From Felis catus (Eukaryota), in the NCBI RefSeq assembly GCF_018350175.1, contig NC_058368.1:185568001-185632000 (forward strand): DNA of 64,000 bases, given 5' to 3'. The translations under genes and the position numbers were made by a program. The notes under the pieces were generated by a model. It saw nothing but the letters and a program-made list of their open reading frames with translations, made no database searches and was not told the DNA's origin. Of this stretch, positions 48,790 through 63,332 are shown piece by piece. Every line of letters starts with the position of its first letter. Position 1 is the stretch's first letter.

Positions 48790-50870
48790 GTAGTTATTAA
48801 ACGTATAGGCTTTAGAACCAAGTAATTGAGTATAGACATTGTTCTCCCACCTACCATCTCTGTGACTTTGGGTGGTCACCCAAACTTTGAAAGCCTTAGT
48901 TTCTTCTCCTGTGAGATGGGCATATTAATTGAACTAGCTGCTTGTGTTTTTCTGAAAATGTTTTATGTAGTGTTTTGCACGTAGCGAATATTCAGTAGAT
49001 GCTGGGCATTTCTGTCCTCTTCACTTAATAAGGAAACAGGTACAATTAGGTTAAGTGTTTTGTCTGTGTTCCAACAGGAATAAATGAGCAGATTCATGAT
49101 TTGGATTTGCTCTTGTCTAAGTCTAAAACTCACCCTCTTTCTCTTGCAAAATGCAACCATTCACAGTCAGCTGACTTATTTTCCCATTCATGGAGTTTTC
49201 TCTTTGTGCCCTCATATATCCGATGCCCACACAATATCTTCCAGTATAAAATGTTTTAATTATAGATCACCAGTAAAAACAATCCACACTTCTGTATGAA
49301 AGGATTCAAACTTGCTTTTAGTTGGCTACCTCTAAAAATTATACTTGAAACCATTAAGGGTGTCTCAGTGTGAGAATAAAAACATCAAAGAATGGTGTTA
49401 AATGTAGAGTACATTGATAGCAAGCAGAATTATTAAGGTCCATTGTAAAAATATGCATAAACTTTGCCTATCAATAGTAGCTTTCACTAACACAGTAAGA
49501 TGAGCCAGTAATTATGTGGTGATTGTGCATTTACTATCAGAATTTATGCATATGACATCATTTTGCTTTTTTTCATTTTATGAGGTAGGTTAGAGAAATG
49601 CTATTATAGATAGTATAAAAACTAAAGTTCAGGGAAATGATAGGATTAGTGCAACATTGCAAAGCTAATAAGAGGTAGGTCTGAATTTGAACCCAGCCTG
49701 CCTGACTGTAGTGAAGCACCCTCTTGAGCATCACTATTATTAAGCCCAAGTACTTCAGGAAAACAAAAAGTGCTTTGCAACTCTGTCACATCCAATTTTA
49801 ATACTGGTGCATTTCTCCCACCAGCTGACAGTTGCTTAAAAACAGGATCTGTGGCATTTGAAATAAAGCATTGTTCTTTATGTTGAACATAGTGCTTACT
49901 TAATGTTGACCTAATGGAGAGAGACTGATACAGGGTGTGCACTTGTTATTGCTAGGGATCCAGAGTATATTTGTGCATGTGAGATGAAGTATGGGTTTCA
50001 TGTGGTCACCGAATGGGAATGAACCATGACATAAACTGATGAAGTAGGAAGATTGTTTGATGTGCTTTGTCCACTTTTAATGAGAAATGTTTTCATGTCA
50101 TCTTCCAGACTTTATATTATAGCTGTTACTTGCATCCTTTCCTTGGATATCCTTTCCATACACACAAAATAACAAAAAGAGAATGAAACACTGTGTGATA
50201 GGTTCTTAATCCCAAAGATCCAACGGCATGGAAAGAAAAATACGCTTTGCTTCTCAGCACACCAAAGGCTCTGCTTGTCAGAAAAAAGTTCCAAAGAGCT
50301 GACTGGAGATGACTGGATAAAATCTGACCATCCCCAAAGGGGGGAAAATCACTTTATCAAAATGACAACTAGATAGGCCATGTGCCCTTTGTGCTATGAT
50401 TTCTATGCCATGGCTCTCAAGTTTCCTAATCAAAATCTCTCTGGCTTGCTGCCCTCTGCTTTGTCAATTCTGGTTCTATTTGTGTGTACAGGTTATCCGC
50501 TGGGAGACACAGACCTGATAAAAGATAACAAAGAGCCTTTTGATAAATTAGTGACTGAATACTCCTGTAAATACCTATCTGGAGGATGGAATAGAGTATG
50601 GAAGATCGAGACAATATACTTAACAATGTAGGTAACAGAATGTGGGAATTAAAATTTTAGGCTCTGGGTCTAGATTGTTTTCTCCTCATTATCTTGGTGT
50701 CCTCAGACAACTTAATCTCTCAATTATTTCCATTTTCTAATCTTAAAATTAATAATTATTACACATAAGCAATCGGGATTTTTGAAGATTAAATAAAATA
50801 ACCTATTTAAAATGCTTAGGCTAGTTATTGATATTAAAGGCCATTAAATGCTAGCTATTATAACTATAAA
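48790..50870. mobile_element. Several MIR fragments (~48790-49140, ~49540-49740, ~50620-50870)
   Basis: MIR core motifs (tgtgactttggg...tagtttcttctcctgt; gaatttgaacccag; aagattaaataaaataa...aatgcttag). Confidence 0.5.
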
Positions 50871-50989
50871 TGTATCATTTGATTCCTACAAAAATCATGT
50901 CAGAAGGGCACATTAGGCGGCATTGAGTCAAGTTCATAGGAAGAAAATACATCCCAAAAAATCACATAAAGATAGTCTAGTTCAAGCAT

Positions 50990-52600
50990 GTCAGTGTTAG
51001 GAGAATGGCAAATCTTCTCCCCCCACCCCTCCAAAAGTAAATATATAGTTGGGCAAAACTGCCAAAACAACCATTTCGGTGTTCTGGGATTCAGTCAAAG
51101 GCATACAGCTAATGGAACTGAATTTTTTTTTCCCCATGAGAACTATTAAATTTTAGTTAAGAACAGTGGGTTGTCTTTAGTGTTCTTGGATAGAACTCCC
51201 ATCTCCCCACCCTCCCAAACATGGTGAGCCTACCAGAAAGGGGAAATCTGAGAAAACTGGCAGCATTGGTACTGGAGAGGGATCCGTTAATTTGGAGTGG
51301 AAGGCAAAAAACAAAACAGAAAAAAACAAAAACAAAAAGAAATCAAAAATAAAACAAAACAAAACAAAAAAAAAAAACCCACTCAGCAGAGGACAGCAAA
51401 GGCCTGAAGACATTCTAGACTGAGATTGCAGTCGCAGTCCCGGGTAGGTAAGCAGCAGAGCCACAGACTAACTAGGGATTTAATAGGAATATCTGGAGGC
51501 CTGGATACTCAGACAGTCTTGATAGTCCTTGACAGTATGCCTGGTTATGAACAGAGACTGTGCACATCTGCATCTGACAGGTGCTATAGTTAAATGTATC
51601 TACACATTACTGGCCAGCAGGAAGAGGCTGCACACACATGAAAAGGGCACATGAAAGGTTTTAGCAAAGAGAAAATGGGGACACATTGAAAGGTGCCTAA
51701 CTTTCTTGTGTGCTACCCAAATTACACACAGACCCATCAACCAATCCTGTACTGCACAACCCTGAGAGCTAGTACCTTTTCAAATTTCTCTCCCTAGTTG
51801 CCTTACTTACCTTGATTTAGTCCTAGACCTGAAATACAGACACACAGGTTGCTCCTTGAAGGCCAGGTTTGAAATAACAACAACCAACAATAACAAACTG
51901 AGCAGAGACATTAGATAACACACATCGTGAAAAAGTTAGATTTCATTAATACATTACTAAACAATATTTTAGTTTAGATACGTTACTAAACAACAACAAC
52001 AACAACAAAAAACCTGACAACCTCAGAGGGGGTGGGGAATAAAAATCAGAAGTAAGAATTATTATCCTGTTTTGCAGAAGGATAATGTCCCTGGATGTAG
52101 AATTCTTGGTTATTTTTTCCCCTTTTAGTTATTCCACTGCTTTCTGGCCTTCATTGCATCAAATTAGAAGTTTGTTTTTAACCATATTGATGTTCTTCTT
52201 TACTGAAGGGTTCTTTTCCTCTTTTGTGCCAATTTAGGGTCACAAAGATTTTATCCTATGTTTGATCAAAAAGTTTTATAGTTTTGTTGAGGTTTTAGAT
52301 TTAGGTGCACATTTGTACAGATTCACTTGAGTTAATTTGGTTTCTAATTTAAAGATACCCAATATTCCACCTCCATTTTTTGAAACGTCTATACTTTCTC
52401 CATTAAATTGCCTTGTGTTTTTGATAAAAATCAGTTGTCCATATAGGTGTGGAACTATTTTTGGATTCTATAATGTATTTGATCAGGCAGTATATTCTGA
52501 TATCATTGAGTGTACCCTATAAATGTCTTTAAAAAGTTACTAAATTTTGTTTGATAATGTTTTAGTCTTCCTTATTTCTGTATCTATATATCTATATCTA
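50990..52600. mobile_element. Ancient L1M fragments (5'UTR-like on +, internal pieces on -)
   Basis: gggcaaaactgccaaaacaaccatttc...; agaattcttggtt...ttccactgctttctggcct; ttctccattaaattgccttg. Confidence 0.5.
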
Positions 52601-54307
52601 TATCCTTCAAATACATCACTGTTGTTTTTCCCTTGCTCTGTGATGAGAATCAGTAGTATTAATGATCTTGTTTAACTGTGTCTGCATTTCTGTCTACATA
52701 TTCTATTAATTTTCAAAAGGAACTATTATATTTAAAGAAATACCTGTAGATATATCTTCGTATTTTCAAAGCAATAAGGGTTGACACTAGAAATAACGAA
52801 GAAATGAGAAAGACGCATTATAACTGAGCAGGTTATGAATTCTTAGGGAAGATTTTCCTTTTCCCAGATGCTGCTGGTACCAAAACAGAAATTTATGCTT
52901 TGTCTCTCTTTGCTAGTATTATTTTATCTACTCTAATTTCTTTCAGAAGATCTGGTTATTCAGGGCCACTTCTTATAGGAGTCTCTCCATCTTGCACTAC
53001 TGAAAGCTTTGTCTCTTGAGTGATGAAACTGCCACTATCAGAGTCTCTAATGATAAATGCTTTCAGAGCAGTGCTGAGACTTATGGAAGTCCAGTATGGA
53101 GATAAATGTGTGCCTGGGTATAAATTTTGACATCCATAGGTATAGGTATATGTGTGTATATATTATTGGACAAAAGGAGTTATTCTAAAGTGTGTTATAT
53201 GTATCCCTGATTTTGCTCAAAATGATGGTAAATTATGAATAAAATTGTATATTTCAGTAATTACGTATCTGTTTTAAAGTATGTTCAGAGGGAACATAAT
53301 TGCCCTTCTAAGTTTTGAAGTGAAATTCTGGAAAATTAAAAGCAAATGGTTCGAGATTCTATATAAAAAGTGTATTTCAGAAATCTTTGATCAAATCCTT
53401 AAATATTGTCTTAAGTATACCCATTAGTGATCTAGTTAATTGTTTTCTTGTCCATAACTCTAAAATTGTGCTTCTATAAAGTTTCCAGATTCAATCTTCC
53501 CTTCATGTTCTTTTTCTTTTACTTTTGTAACATATAATGGCTCTTTTTGTTTGTAGCATTGACAAGATTATTAGTCTTTATTTTATGTTGGCCAGTTTAA
53601 GAGACGAGAGATTCACTTCCTTATTAATTTGATGTATCCCTCCATCAAATCATTGTTCTCTCTGGCAAGAAATTTGCCATATAAATTTTCAGGTACACTG
53701 ATGTAAAGAAACAAGGAACTATAAAATAGAAAATTTCTTATGTGATTAAAATTAGAGGAGTCTAATAAAAAATAAAATAGCTGATATCCAGATGGCAAGA
53801 CAATAAAAATGTTGACACACTGGACTGAAAACATAAATATCTTATGTTTTATACTAAATACTCGCCTTGCTGTGGGCTGCTCTATCTATGGGATGGGACA
53901 TTCTGTAATCAGACTGTTTTGGAAATTACTGAGTAGAAAATATGGACAGGATTCAAAAGAGACCTACTTCTAATTTGGTTCCAAGTCACCAGTGCCATGT
54001 ATCATAAAAACTGAACAAATCATAATATTTGTTACATAAATTACTGTTAATGGGGACCTGGATCAAATGAATTACTATTAACTGCAATTTATTGGAAAGT
54101 AATAAATTGCCAGGGAGTAAATTTGCTACTCAGTTTTTTGGGTTTACATTTTTAGCCCTCACAACAACCTTAACATATTAATACTACTGTAATGTCCATT
54201 TTACAAATGTGATAATTGAGACTTTCAAAAACAAAGTCAATTATCTGAGATTCCAGAGTTTGTCAGTGTTAGAACTGGGATTTGTTTGGCACCCAAGAAT
54301 GCCTTTA

Positions 54308-54525
54308 AAATTTTTTTTTTCAACGTTTATTTATTTTTGGGACAGAGAGAGAGACAGAGCATGAACGGGCGAGGGGCAGAGAGAGAGGGAGACACAGAAT
54401 CGGAAACAGGCTCCAGGCTCTGAGCCATCAGCCCAGAGCCTGACGCGGGGCTTGAACTCACGGACCGTGAGATCGTGACCTGGCTGAAGTCGGACGCTTA
54501 ACCGACTGCGCCACCCAGGCGCCCC
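54308..54525 (-). mobile_element. Young felid Can-SINE nested in MIR
   Basis: Near-consensus; TSD aagaatgccttta at 54295-54307 and 54526-54538. Confidence 0.97.
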
Positions 54526-56609
54526 AAGAATGCCTTTATAAACCACCACAGTGTGGCTAAATTTTTGGCTAAGTCTTTTCTACCCAGGTTGCATTGACAA
54601 CATATTTTGGGAGTTAGGACCTGGTGATCTAACTTGATATATAATCTCTTAACTAGCAGCCATAAAATCCTATCACCTTTAAATATATCATGCTGGATTT
54701 CAGTAACAGTTCATCCATAACCTTAATTGTATGCAAAGATTGAAACTACATATAAAACGTTTATGTTGGAAATGAACTTAGAATCTTGAGTTTTTAAATA
54801 AGGAAGATTTATGCTTACTGCCTTGAACTAGATAAAATGACTAAAATTCCTCTAATCAAAGTGAGCTAATTGTTAATAAAATAAAACATGCAATTTCCAT
54901 TGTAGCATATGATTCACATCTTGAAACAAATTCTTTTTTGTCATGGAGAGCATCTAAAATAAATAATTGAAAAGTAGCCAGAAGACACTGCTTGGAACAT
55001 CCCAAAAAAGTTGAAGAAGTGCATCCTCCAAGGCCATTTATTTTCTCTATGAAAAATGTACCAGTTTCAATAAACCAAAACTGGTCTATAGATAATTTAG
55101 TTCATTCATCAATATTTAAACTTTGTTTATAGTGTTTGCAGCATTTCATTGTCAATATTAGAAGGGCCGATGCTTCTTCTTAACATCTTGTTCTTTCTTA
55201 GAAGTGCATTTCACAAAGGAATACCCCAACCCACTGCCTTTGCAATATATTGTCTATACCAAAATTCTTACTTTTTTTCATATATCCACTGCCACTACAA
55301 GCAATTATCACTGAGTTTCTGATAAGTTTAATAAAGGCAAATTGAATTTTTATCATATTTAATTTTCTTCTAAGATAACTGTTTTGTGGTAAACATTTTC
55401 TTCTCCCTGATAAAATGTCTCTTTATCTTCTGAACACTGCAATTATAGAACTGTCTCCTCAACTAATTGTGAAATTACAGAACAACAACTTTTCTTAATT
55501 ACAATCTAAATTCCTTCACTGTAAATCATTTTATCATCACTCATTATTCCATAGGCACACATAAAAACATGTGCTGAAATTCTCACTCTAAAAATGCTCA
55601 AAAGCAATCAAAGATATTTGAAATATATGTAATAAACTCAAATCATTTCTGAATTGAAACTCCTTTGTTTCTCGCTTACTGGAGTAATATTTTCAGTTTC
55701 TATGTGATCATTGATAACAGAATAGCTCCACTGAAATATGTTTAGATTTGTGATTAGTATGCACATTAAAATTAATTAAAATTTTGTGAAAAGCCTCACT
55801 GACCTTTTCCTGGCTTCGTATAACCTTCTAACATTCCAAATTTATCCAGAAGAAGCTAACTCAAATCCATGATAGTTACAGTTTTATAATATGTTTTATT
55901 ATTTAAAAAATATGGACATGCATTAATTTTGTATTTTTGCCCTAATGAAATCTTACACTGACATTTTGTTGAGGAGTATGAAAAAAAGAAAATTATGGAA
56001 TTACTACCAAAATTTAAAACAGGCAGACATTTTCTTTATTCTCTCTGTTTCATTTCTTTTCCTACAGCTTCAATTAAAAAACTTACTTTCATCTTTTTTT
56101 TCTTACATTTTTCTCTCCCTTTGGAACTCCTGAAAGTCTGGAATCTAGCTAATAAGTTTCATATGTCTACATTAACACTAACTTTATAGACAAGAATAAA
56201 AGAAGCAAACTGACCTAAAACCAGTGGGACTATATGAAAATCCCCATTTTCACTAGAAACTAAAATCTACTCACGTGGTCTGGTTTGACTATTTTGTTCC
56301 TACAGAAAATATTAATGAACAAAAACAACAAAATCCATATCCCTGAGATTGGAAAAATATCACAGATTGTAACGTAGAACAGTTAGCTATCCTCTTGGAA
56401 GGGTAAAGAAATAATAATGAAACCATGACAATAATATATATGCATTTAATAAATATTAATATACTCTGTACCTTTCAAACATTTAACATTTCACACACAC
56501 AGATACAAATAAGACCTTATATAAAAGAACTCATAAGCCATAGTTATATACACAGCAAGTCACATAAGAGTTGGAAAAGGTTGACTTTTCATTTTAATTC
56601 TAAAATAAA

Positions 56610-57700
56610 TGATAGAAACTTCTGGCTTCTAGGAATGGAAGGGTAATTTTTCTGCCTTCTGGAAATAGAAAAGTACCTTGGTCAAACTTCAGGAAAAAAA
56701 AATTAGAAAACATCAACAAAATATATGACACAGCTATTTGAAGGTGCTAAAAAGTGACCAAAAGTTGGGAGAAATGAGAGGAAAATAGATCTGAAAAGAT
56801 GAACTGCAATTCTCCAGTCCTGCTAGGGTAGCAAAAAGGTGCAGCTTATTGGCTTGAGGTGGGACAGTATTGAAATTGAAAGAGGAGACAGCAACTCCTT
56901 AGGGGCCAGGTGTGTAAGGAAGAGTAACAGAAGGATTGATAATAAAAAATGACATTTCATTGACCCCCAAACATTGGGTTAGTACTGAACTATGCATGTA
57001 CAGGTGAGACCCCATAGGCCTTGGTCAAAATGAAGCATCTAGAAGCTGAAAGGATTGTGCAGGGTTTTCAGTGGTTTACCACTTCAGGCGAGTTAGGAAT
57101 TAAAAGTTGAGTACAACCAAATTAACTGCCTGTAAAAACAAATCTTAAAAATTATTTAACACAATCTAGATTTTCTAATTTCTAACATTTATAAAATCCA
57201 TTATATAGGAAAGCAATGGACTGTGAAAATACAGAATTATATGATCCATACTCAAGAAAATAAGCCTTTAGTAGAAAATAACTCTGAGATAGCATAGGTT
57301 ATAATGAACAGCTCAGGACTTTAGGGCAACTTCTACAAATGAGTACTTAATGCAAAATATGTATCCAATAGCAGAGGAAGCCTGTCCATAAAGATATAGA
57401 AACTATAAAGAAAACCCAAATAGAAATTCTAGATCTAGGAAGTATAATAACTGGCTATATTTAATTTCTTTAAAAGATTATGACTGTTTAAAACAAGGAG
57501 TATAACATAACAAATATTAGAGGTTTAAAAATTAGGTAGATATGACAAAAATAGCCTAAAAGTAAGAAATGTACTGTTATAAGCTTTCTATATTTTATGT
57601 GAAGTGATAAATGAGATAATGATAGTACTTTGATAGATAACATGACAAGGACTATATAAATGTACTAAGCAGTAATAATCACTACGATTAATTAACATAA
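56610..57700 (+). mobile_element. Ancient L1M 5' region fragments
   Basis: acttctggcttctaggaatgg start; atgatccatactcaagaaaa; aaatagaaattctagatct...aataactg. Confidence 0.45.
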
Positions 57701-58904
57701 CACAATTGAACTAACCCAAATGGTGACGATAAGTGGCTCAGAGGAAATACAAGAACAGTAAGCATCAGACACAGGAGTTTTTTTGTTGTTGTTTTTGTTT
57801 TTTGTTTTTTATTATTTTTTTACACTATAATGTTAAATACCACTTACCGGTATTAAATTATTAGGGATTATTAACTCAGTACTACTTCTGAAAAACTGAA
57901 GCTTAGATAAGTTGTTTTTGTCCCTGCACACAGGAACTGGGCAACTGAGGACAGGGCAAGGGAAGTTTTATTTCTCACGTTGTTCACTTTTGTAGCCTTA
58001 ATTTATTGGTGTGCATAGTTTCCTTCAAAAATGACAAAAACAAAATCTGAATTACCAAACCAGATTACACACATCACATTGCTTAACTTTACTGTTTTCA
58101 CAAAACAGAAACCCCTATTTCAGGATGTTGTATATTTAATTTGCCATTCACTACTTAGTTTGTTTATTGGACTATGGAATTAAATGTAACATTGACTTAT
58201 TTCTAAAGAGAAAGTGACAAAATGTTGCAAACTTCTGCTGGTACCTAAAGTCAATAAAAGAGGTTAGTGCTTGTTAAGACTTTGCCGGTATTTTCAGAGA
58301 TTATCTATACAAAGACATAAACATACACACACCTAAACATACGCATATGCGAATATACAAACTTACTGTTAACAAAACCACAAATTGTAAACCTTGCATT
58401 TTCCTAGGTGAATACTTTAGTAAATTGACCCTAGAATACTCTTTTGTGCCATATTACAAAAATACGGGTTGTACAGATCAATGTATTGAGACATAGGAAG
58501 GCATGGCATGGATGATAGGATGACCATGGAGGAAGGAATAGAAATTTAGAGACCAGGGTAAAAGTCTCAGTAATATTGCATAGTTGAATTGTGTGTTCTT
58601 GGATGTGTAATTTACTTTCTCTATAGACCGAGTAGGGTAAAATAAGTTGAAAACTCTAGAAAAAGTAGGATATGAAATGAGAAGTATAAAGATTTATAAC
58701 ATTTTATTTTGTAAAAGCCTTTTGTCTTAACTGCTGAAATTATTACTGTTTTCTTCAGTTACTATTTTTATTATAGCATGTAATGCATACTTTTTTTTTC
58801 AAAGAGATTAACACTGCAGAAGCAATAAGTTAACAGAACTAGAAAGGTACCCACATGAACAAAGTTTGGTATCCATGATCTCCAGTGCACTGTTTGAGAT
58901 TTAC

Positions 58905-59344
58905 TGTGGCAGACTATGAGTCTGGAGTTCTCTCTTGTCCAGCAAGAGAGTGGATGCAGAATTGAATACTAGAGAGGCTGATGTCCAGGAGGAGACAGAA
59001 GCCCAAATAGGGTTTTCATCTCCACATTTATTGAGCTCAGAAGATATTATCCATGTGGTGAACATGAAGAAAACCAGATCTTACACATGTGAATGTGGAT
59101 AAAACACTCAGACAGTAATAATTAACTTGTGTTAAGGGTCTGGGGGGGCAAGTGGTGGTTGTGATCCAGGTACCTTGGCGCCAGATGAAAAGCAGTTTCC
59201 TGCAGGTGATATAACAAGTTACTCATAATCCCGTTATAATATTTCGCTACCTAACTACTAGCACTTTCACCCCGTAGTGGCTGCTTTCCACCTTTAGCCT
59301 TGTTAACCCATTGGTGCAAGCATACAGAATTCTTATTTCCCACA
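58905..59344 (-). mobile_element. ERV solo LTR with 6-bp TSD
   Basis: TGTGG...CCACA termini; perfect TSD atttac at 58899-58904 and 59345-59350; AATAAA on the minus strand (~59026). Confidence 0.85.
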
Positions 59345-59399
59345 ATTTACAAGTAAGCTGTTATTTCCTTCAACCTGTATTTCTTAAGTGTTTTCAAAT

Positions 59400-61690
59400 A
59401 ATCAGTATCTTTTTTGAATTTTTGTATGTATCATTAACTGAGAATGCATATTGAAATCCTTTACTATAATTACATATTTGTTTTTGGTTCTCTTATGTCT
59501 TTTTTCTCCTTGAAATTTTATCAGTTTTTTGGTTCAAGTGTTTGGAAGCTCTGTTATCAGGTGCAGACATTTTTAGGATGTTGATATTCTCTTGACAAAT
59601 TGACTCCTTTATTATTATGAAATGACCTTTATATCTGGTACTTTGCTCTGAAATATACTTCATCTGATATTAATAAAAATACTTCTAATTTCTATTAGTT
59701 ACAGCATGATAAATCTTTTTTAAAATCCTTTTACTTTTAACTAATTTGTGTCTCTACATTTAAAATGTGTTGTTTACAGGCAGCACATAGTTGAAGCTCT
59801 TTAGTCTTCTAAGATTTCAGTTTTAACTAGGATATTTAGATCATTTATATTGATTGATTATTGATATGGTTAGGCTTAAGTTTATCTTCTTGTTATTTAT
59901 TTTCTGTATGTCCCATATGCTCTTTGTTCCCATTTTACTTTTTCTACCTTCTTTGGGGTTTAAATATATTTTTTATCTTATCTGTTTTATCTCCATTGTT
60001 GATTTATTAGCCACAACTCTTTGTTTTGTTATTTAGTAGTTGCTTTTGGATTTATAATATATATTTGATGTTTCTACAATTTGCCTTCAAATGCAATACA
60101 TTGCATAGTACGAGAATCTTACAATAATATACTTCCGTTTTCCCTTTTAGACTTTAAGTTATTGTTGTCAATCATTTTACTGTTACATAATTTATAAGCC
60201 TCATACTGCATTATTATTTTGTTTAATGTTTTCAACTCTTTAAAGAGCTCTCAATAATATCAAAATAAAATGTACATATTTACTTTTTGTAGTTATAATT
60301 TCCAGTGTTTTCTGTCCCTTTTCTGTATTTATATTTCTGTTTAGTAAAATTTTTGTTTTGCCTGAAGGACTTCCTTTAATGTTTCCTGTAAGGCTGGTTT
60401 ACTTTTCATGAATTTGTTGAGTTTGTAAGTTTGATAAAGTCTTTATGTTTGAAAGGTATGTTCATTGTGTATAAAAGTCTAAATTGACAGATATACTGCA
60501 TCAGTATATTACATATATCATTCTTCTGTCTTCTCACACTGAGTATAAGAAATCTATTATTCTTATCTTTTTCCCCCATCTGTACTTAATTTGATTTATT
60601 TATTTATTTTTAATTTTTTTTTAATTTTTTTTTCAACGTTTATTTATTTTTTGGGACAGAGAGAGACAGAGCATGAATGGGGGAGGGGCAGAGAGAGAGG
60701 GAGACACAGAATCGGAAACAGGCTCCAAGCTCTGAGCCATCAGCCCAGAGCCTGACGCGGGGCTCGAACTCCAGGACCGGGAGATCGTGACCTGGCTGAA
60801 GTCGGACGCTTAACCGACTGCGCCACCCAGGCGCCCCTAATTTGATTTCTTGAAAGGATTCTCAATTATATATAAAAAAAAATTGAACAATTTGTTTACG
60901 AAGTCCATTAGTGTGCTTTTTGTTTTTTGTGCTTGGGGTTCATTGAACTTTTTGGAAAATTTGGAGCCATTACATTTTCAAGTATTTTTTGCTCCTTGTT
61001 GATTCTCCTTAGGAACTCCAATTACATATACATTAGCCCTCTTGAAGTTGACTCACTGCTCACTGATCCACTTTCTATAAATTCTCTTTTCTCTTTGTGT
61101 TACATTTTGAATAGTCTTTACTGCTAGGTCCTCACATTCACTAATCTTTTGCAATGTCTAATCAGCCAATAACCCAATACTGATATTTTTCATCTCACAT
61201 ATTATGGTTTTTATGTCTAGAAATACAATTTGGGTCTTTAGAAGGAATTTCCCATTTTCCCACTTAATCTTTTTACTATGTGGAAATAGTTACAATAACT
61301 TTTAAGTTCTTTTCTGATAATTCTAATATCAGTGTCAATTTCAGATGGGTTTTGATTGCCTTTTTTCCTCCTCGTTGTGTGAATCATTTTTCTCCTCCTT
61401 AGAATACCTGGCTATTTTCAACCACGTGCAAGATAATGAAAATTATACTATGTTGGTGTTGGATATTTGTGCTTTCTTGTAAACCTACTTGAATTAATTG
61501 CTTAGAAACAGTGCAGTTATTTGGGGTCTTGCTCTTAAGATATGTTTATCCTAGGGCTAATTATTCCTATTAGCAAGACAAGACCCTTTTTAGAACTCTA
61601 TTCTATATTTCATAAAAATTTTATTAGAGTGTTAGTGGTGAAAAGAGGCACTATCCTCTTTGGTAAGTGTTGCCTAATACTCATTTTCTA
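59400..61690 (-). mobile_element. Ancient L1M (ORF1 / ORF2 5' region), degraded
   Basis: ttggaagctctgttatcaggtgca...aattgactcctttattattatgaaat; gaaggacttcctttaat; tttggaaaatttggagccatt. Confidence 0.75.
60598..60837 (-). mobile_element. Young felid Can-SINE
   Basis: Near-consensus; long T tail; TSD taatttgattt. Confidence 0.97.
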
Positions 61691-61860
61691 ACTTTTTTGT
61701 TTTTAAGGTTCAGTTTTACTTTTTGTTTTTGTTTTTTTCTTACATCTTCCCTCCTTTCTTCTCTTCCCTTCTTTGTTTATTCTTTCTCTTTATATTAATT
61801 CTTCCCAAAATCCTTTCTTTTAAAAATTCCTTTTTCAAAAAATAAATTAAAAAAAAAAGA

Positions 61861-62089
61861 GGGGTGCCTGGGCGGCTCAGTCGGTGAAGCCTCTGATTTC
61901 GGCTCAGGTCATGATCTCATGGTTGGTTGAGTTCGAGCCTGGTGTCAGGCTCTGTGCTGACAGCTCAGAGCCTGGAGCCTGAATCCAATTCTGTATCTCC
62001 CTCTTTCTGCACCTCCCCTGCACACTTGCTTGCTCGCTCTCTCTCTCTCTGTCTCTCTCTCAAATAAACATTAAAAAAGGAAAAAAAAA
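61861..62089 (+). mobile_element. Can-SINE
   Basis: ggggtgcctggg head, (CT)n, A tail. Confidence 0.93.
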
Positions 62090-63332
62090 TCATTTCTATT
62101 TCCCTTCCATTCTTGAAATAGGTGAAAGTGCTTTACCAGTAGACTGGTGCTGTGCTAGGTCTGTTAGAGATATTTAGGAGTATAAAATATGACTTTTGGT
62201 CCTATGTACTTAGAGAAACTGTGAATAGAAATTATTACTGAATTGCCAAGTAAAACATAAAAATACTGTAGAATTTAGATGGAGATGCTGATGGTTACAC
62301 TTACAATTAGGTAAGTAACATGGACTAAAGTGGGCATTTGAGGTCAGGTGACCTATTCAAGTATCAGACATAAGGACAGTAAGCAGAAAGGGTGAGTTGT
62401 GGCATCACAGTGTATTTAAGGTGATAGTTGTGAGTCTTTTTTATGTAGTTTAACAAAACTCTGCTAAAGAGTTTTTATATTTTAATTTTTCTAATATCTA
62501 GGTCTCATTAAATGATTTGATGCTGGAAAGGTCCAAATACTATATGATGAGGTAGCCTCGACAAACATGAAATTGACATATCAGTTTTCATTTGCACTTG
62601 AGAAATTGTTATGGTGCATCAAGAAATTACTTAAGTGTTAAAAGTAGTCCCCTAACTAGAGTTCACACATCCACTAGTTACTAGTTACTAACCTAAAATC
62701 TTGGACTTAAATTCTTCAACACTTTTTGTCTTCTTATAAATATTCCCCTCTTTTGTTAGAGATTGCCTCTCATGGCAAAGCCTAGTTTGATAGTTTCTGA
62801 AGTTTTGATACTTCATTCTAGCCGTCATCTACATGCTTACTGTTAGGCAGGTACAAATTGCACTTTGTTTTGTGTCTGAGAAAAGATCACACTTCTATAT
62901 GAGCAAAACCTAGACCTTATTCCACAGAGATAATAGATGCTGTAGCTGTGTATAACTATGATGTGGCCAAAGCATTTTCCTGAAGTTTCAGAATTCTAAG
63001 CTTTGAAAATTGCATTTGAAAAAAAAATTTACATGGATATTATCTAATTACTTACTAGATAACATGCTGTTGCTTCACTGTGACCCAAACAGAATTAGAC
63101 AGCTGTGTCAAACATGTCAATATCCCATAGTTCATTCCCTGATGAATCTTCAGTAGTGTGAACATGTATTATTTAAAATATGTGGGAAATATTTAGAACC
63201 TCAGAACTAAGACTGGAATCTCCCTTCTGCTATTATACGCCCTGAAGTTTAAAATGCTTTTCTTTTGAAATGCAGGTAGAAGGGGCTTTAAAATATTCGG
63301 AATATATGCATGCCTTAAAAAAATCAAATCTA

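Noticed and set aside
49581..49602. let-7-like tgaggtag seed
   Set aside because: Match stops after 8 nt, no hairpin, and it lies within a MIR.
50492..53030. Further acceptor-like sites (50492, ~52948) with short open frames
   Set aside because: Frames end in stops, donors are unclear, and the peptides are unrecognised.
59176..59183. tggcgcca resembling a tRNA-Lys primer binding site
   Set aside because: Internal to the LTR and does not extend to a full PBS.
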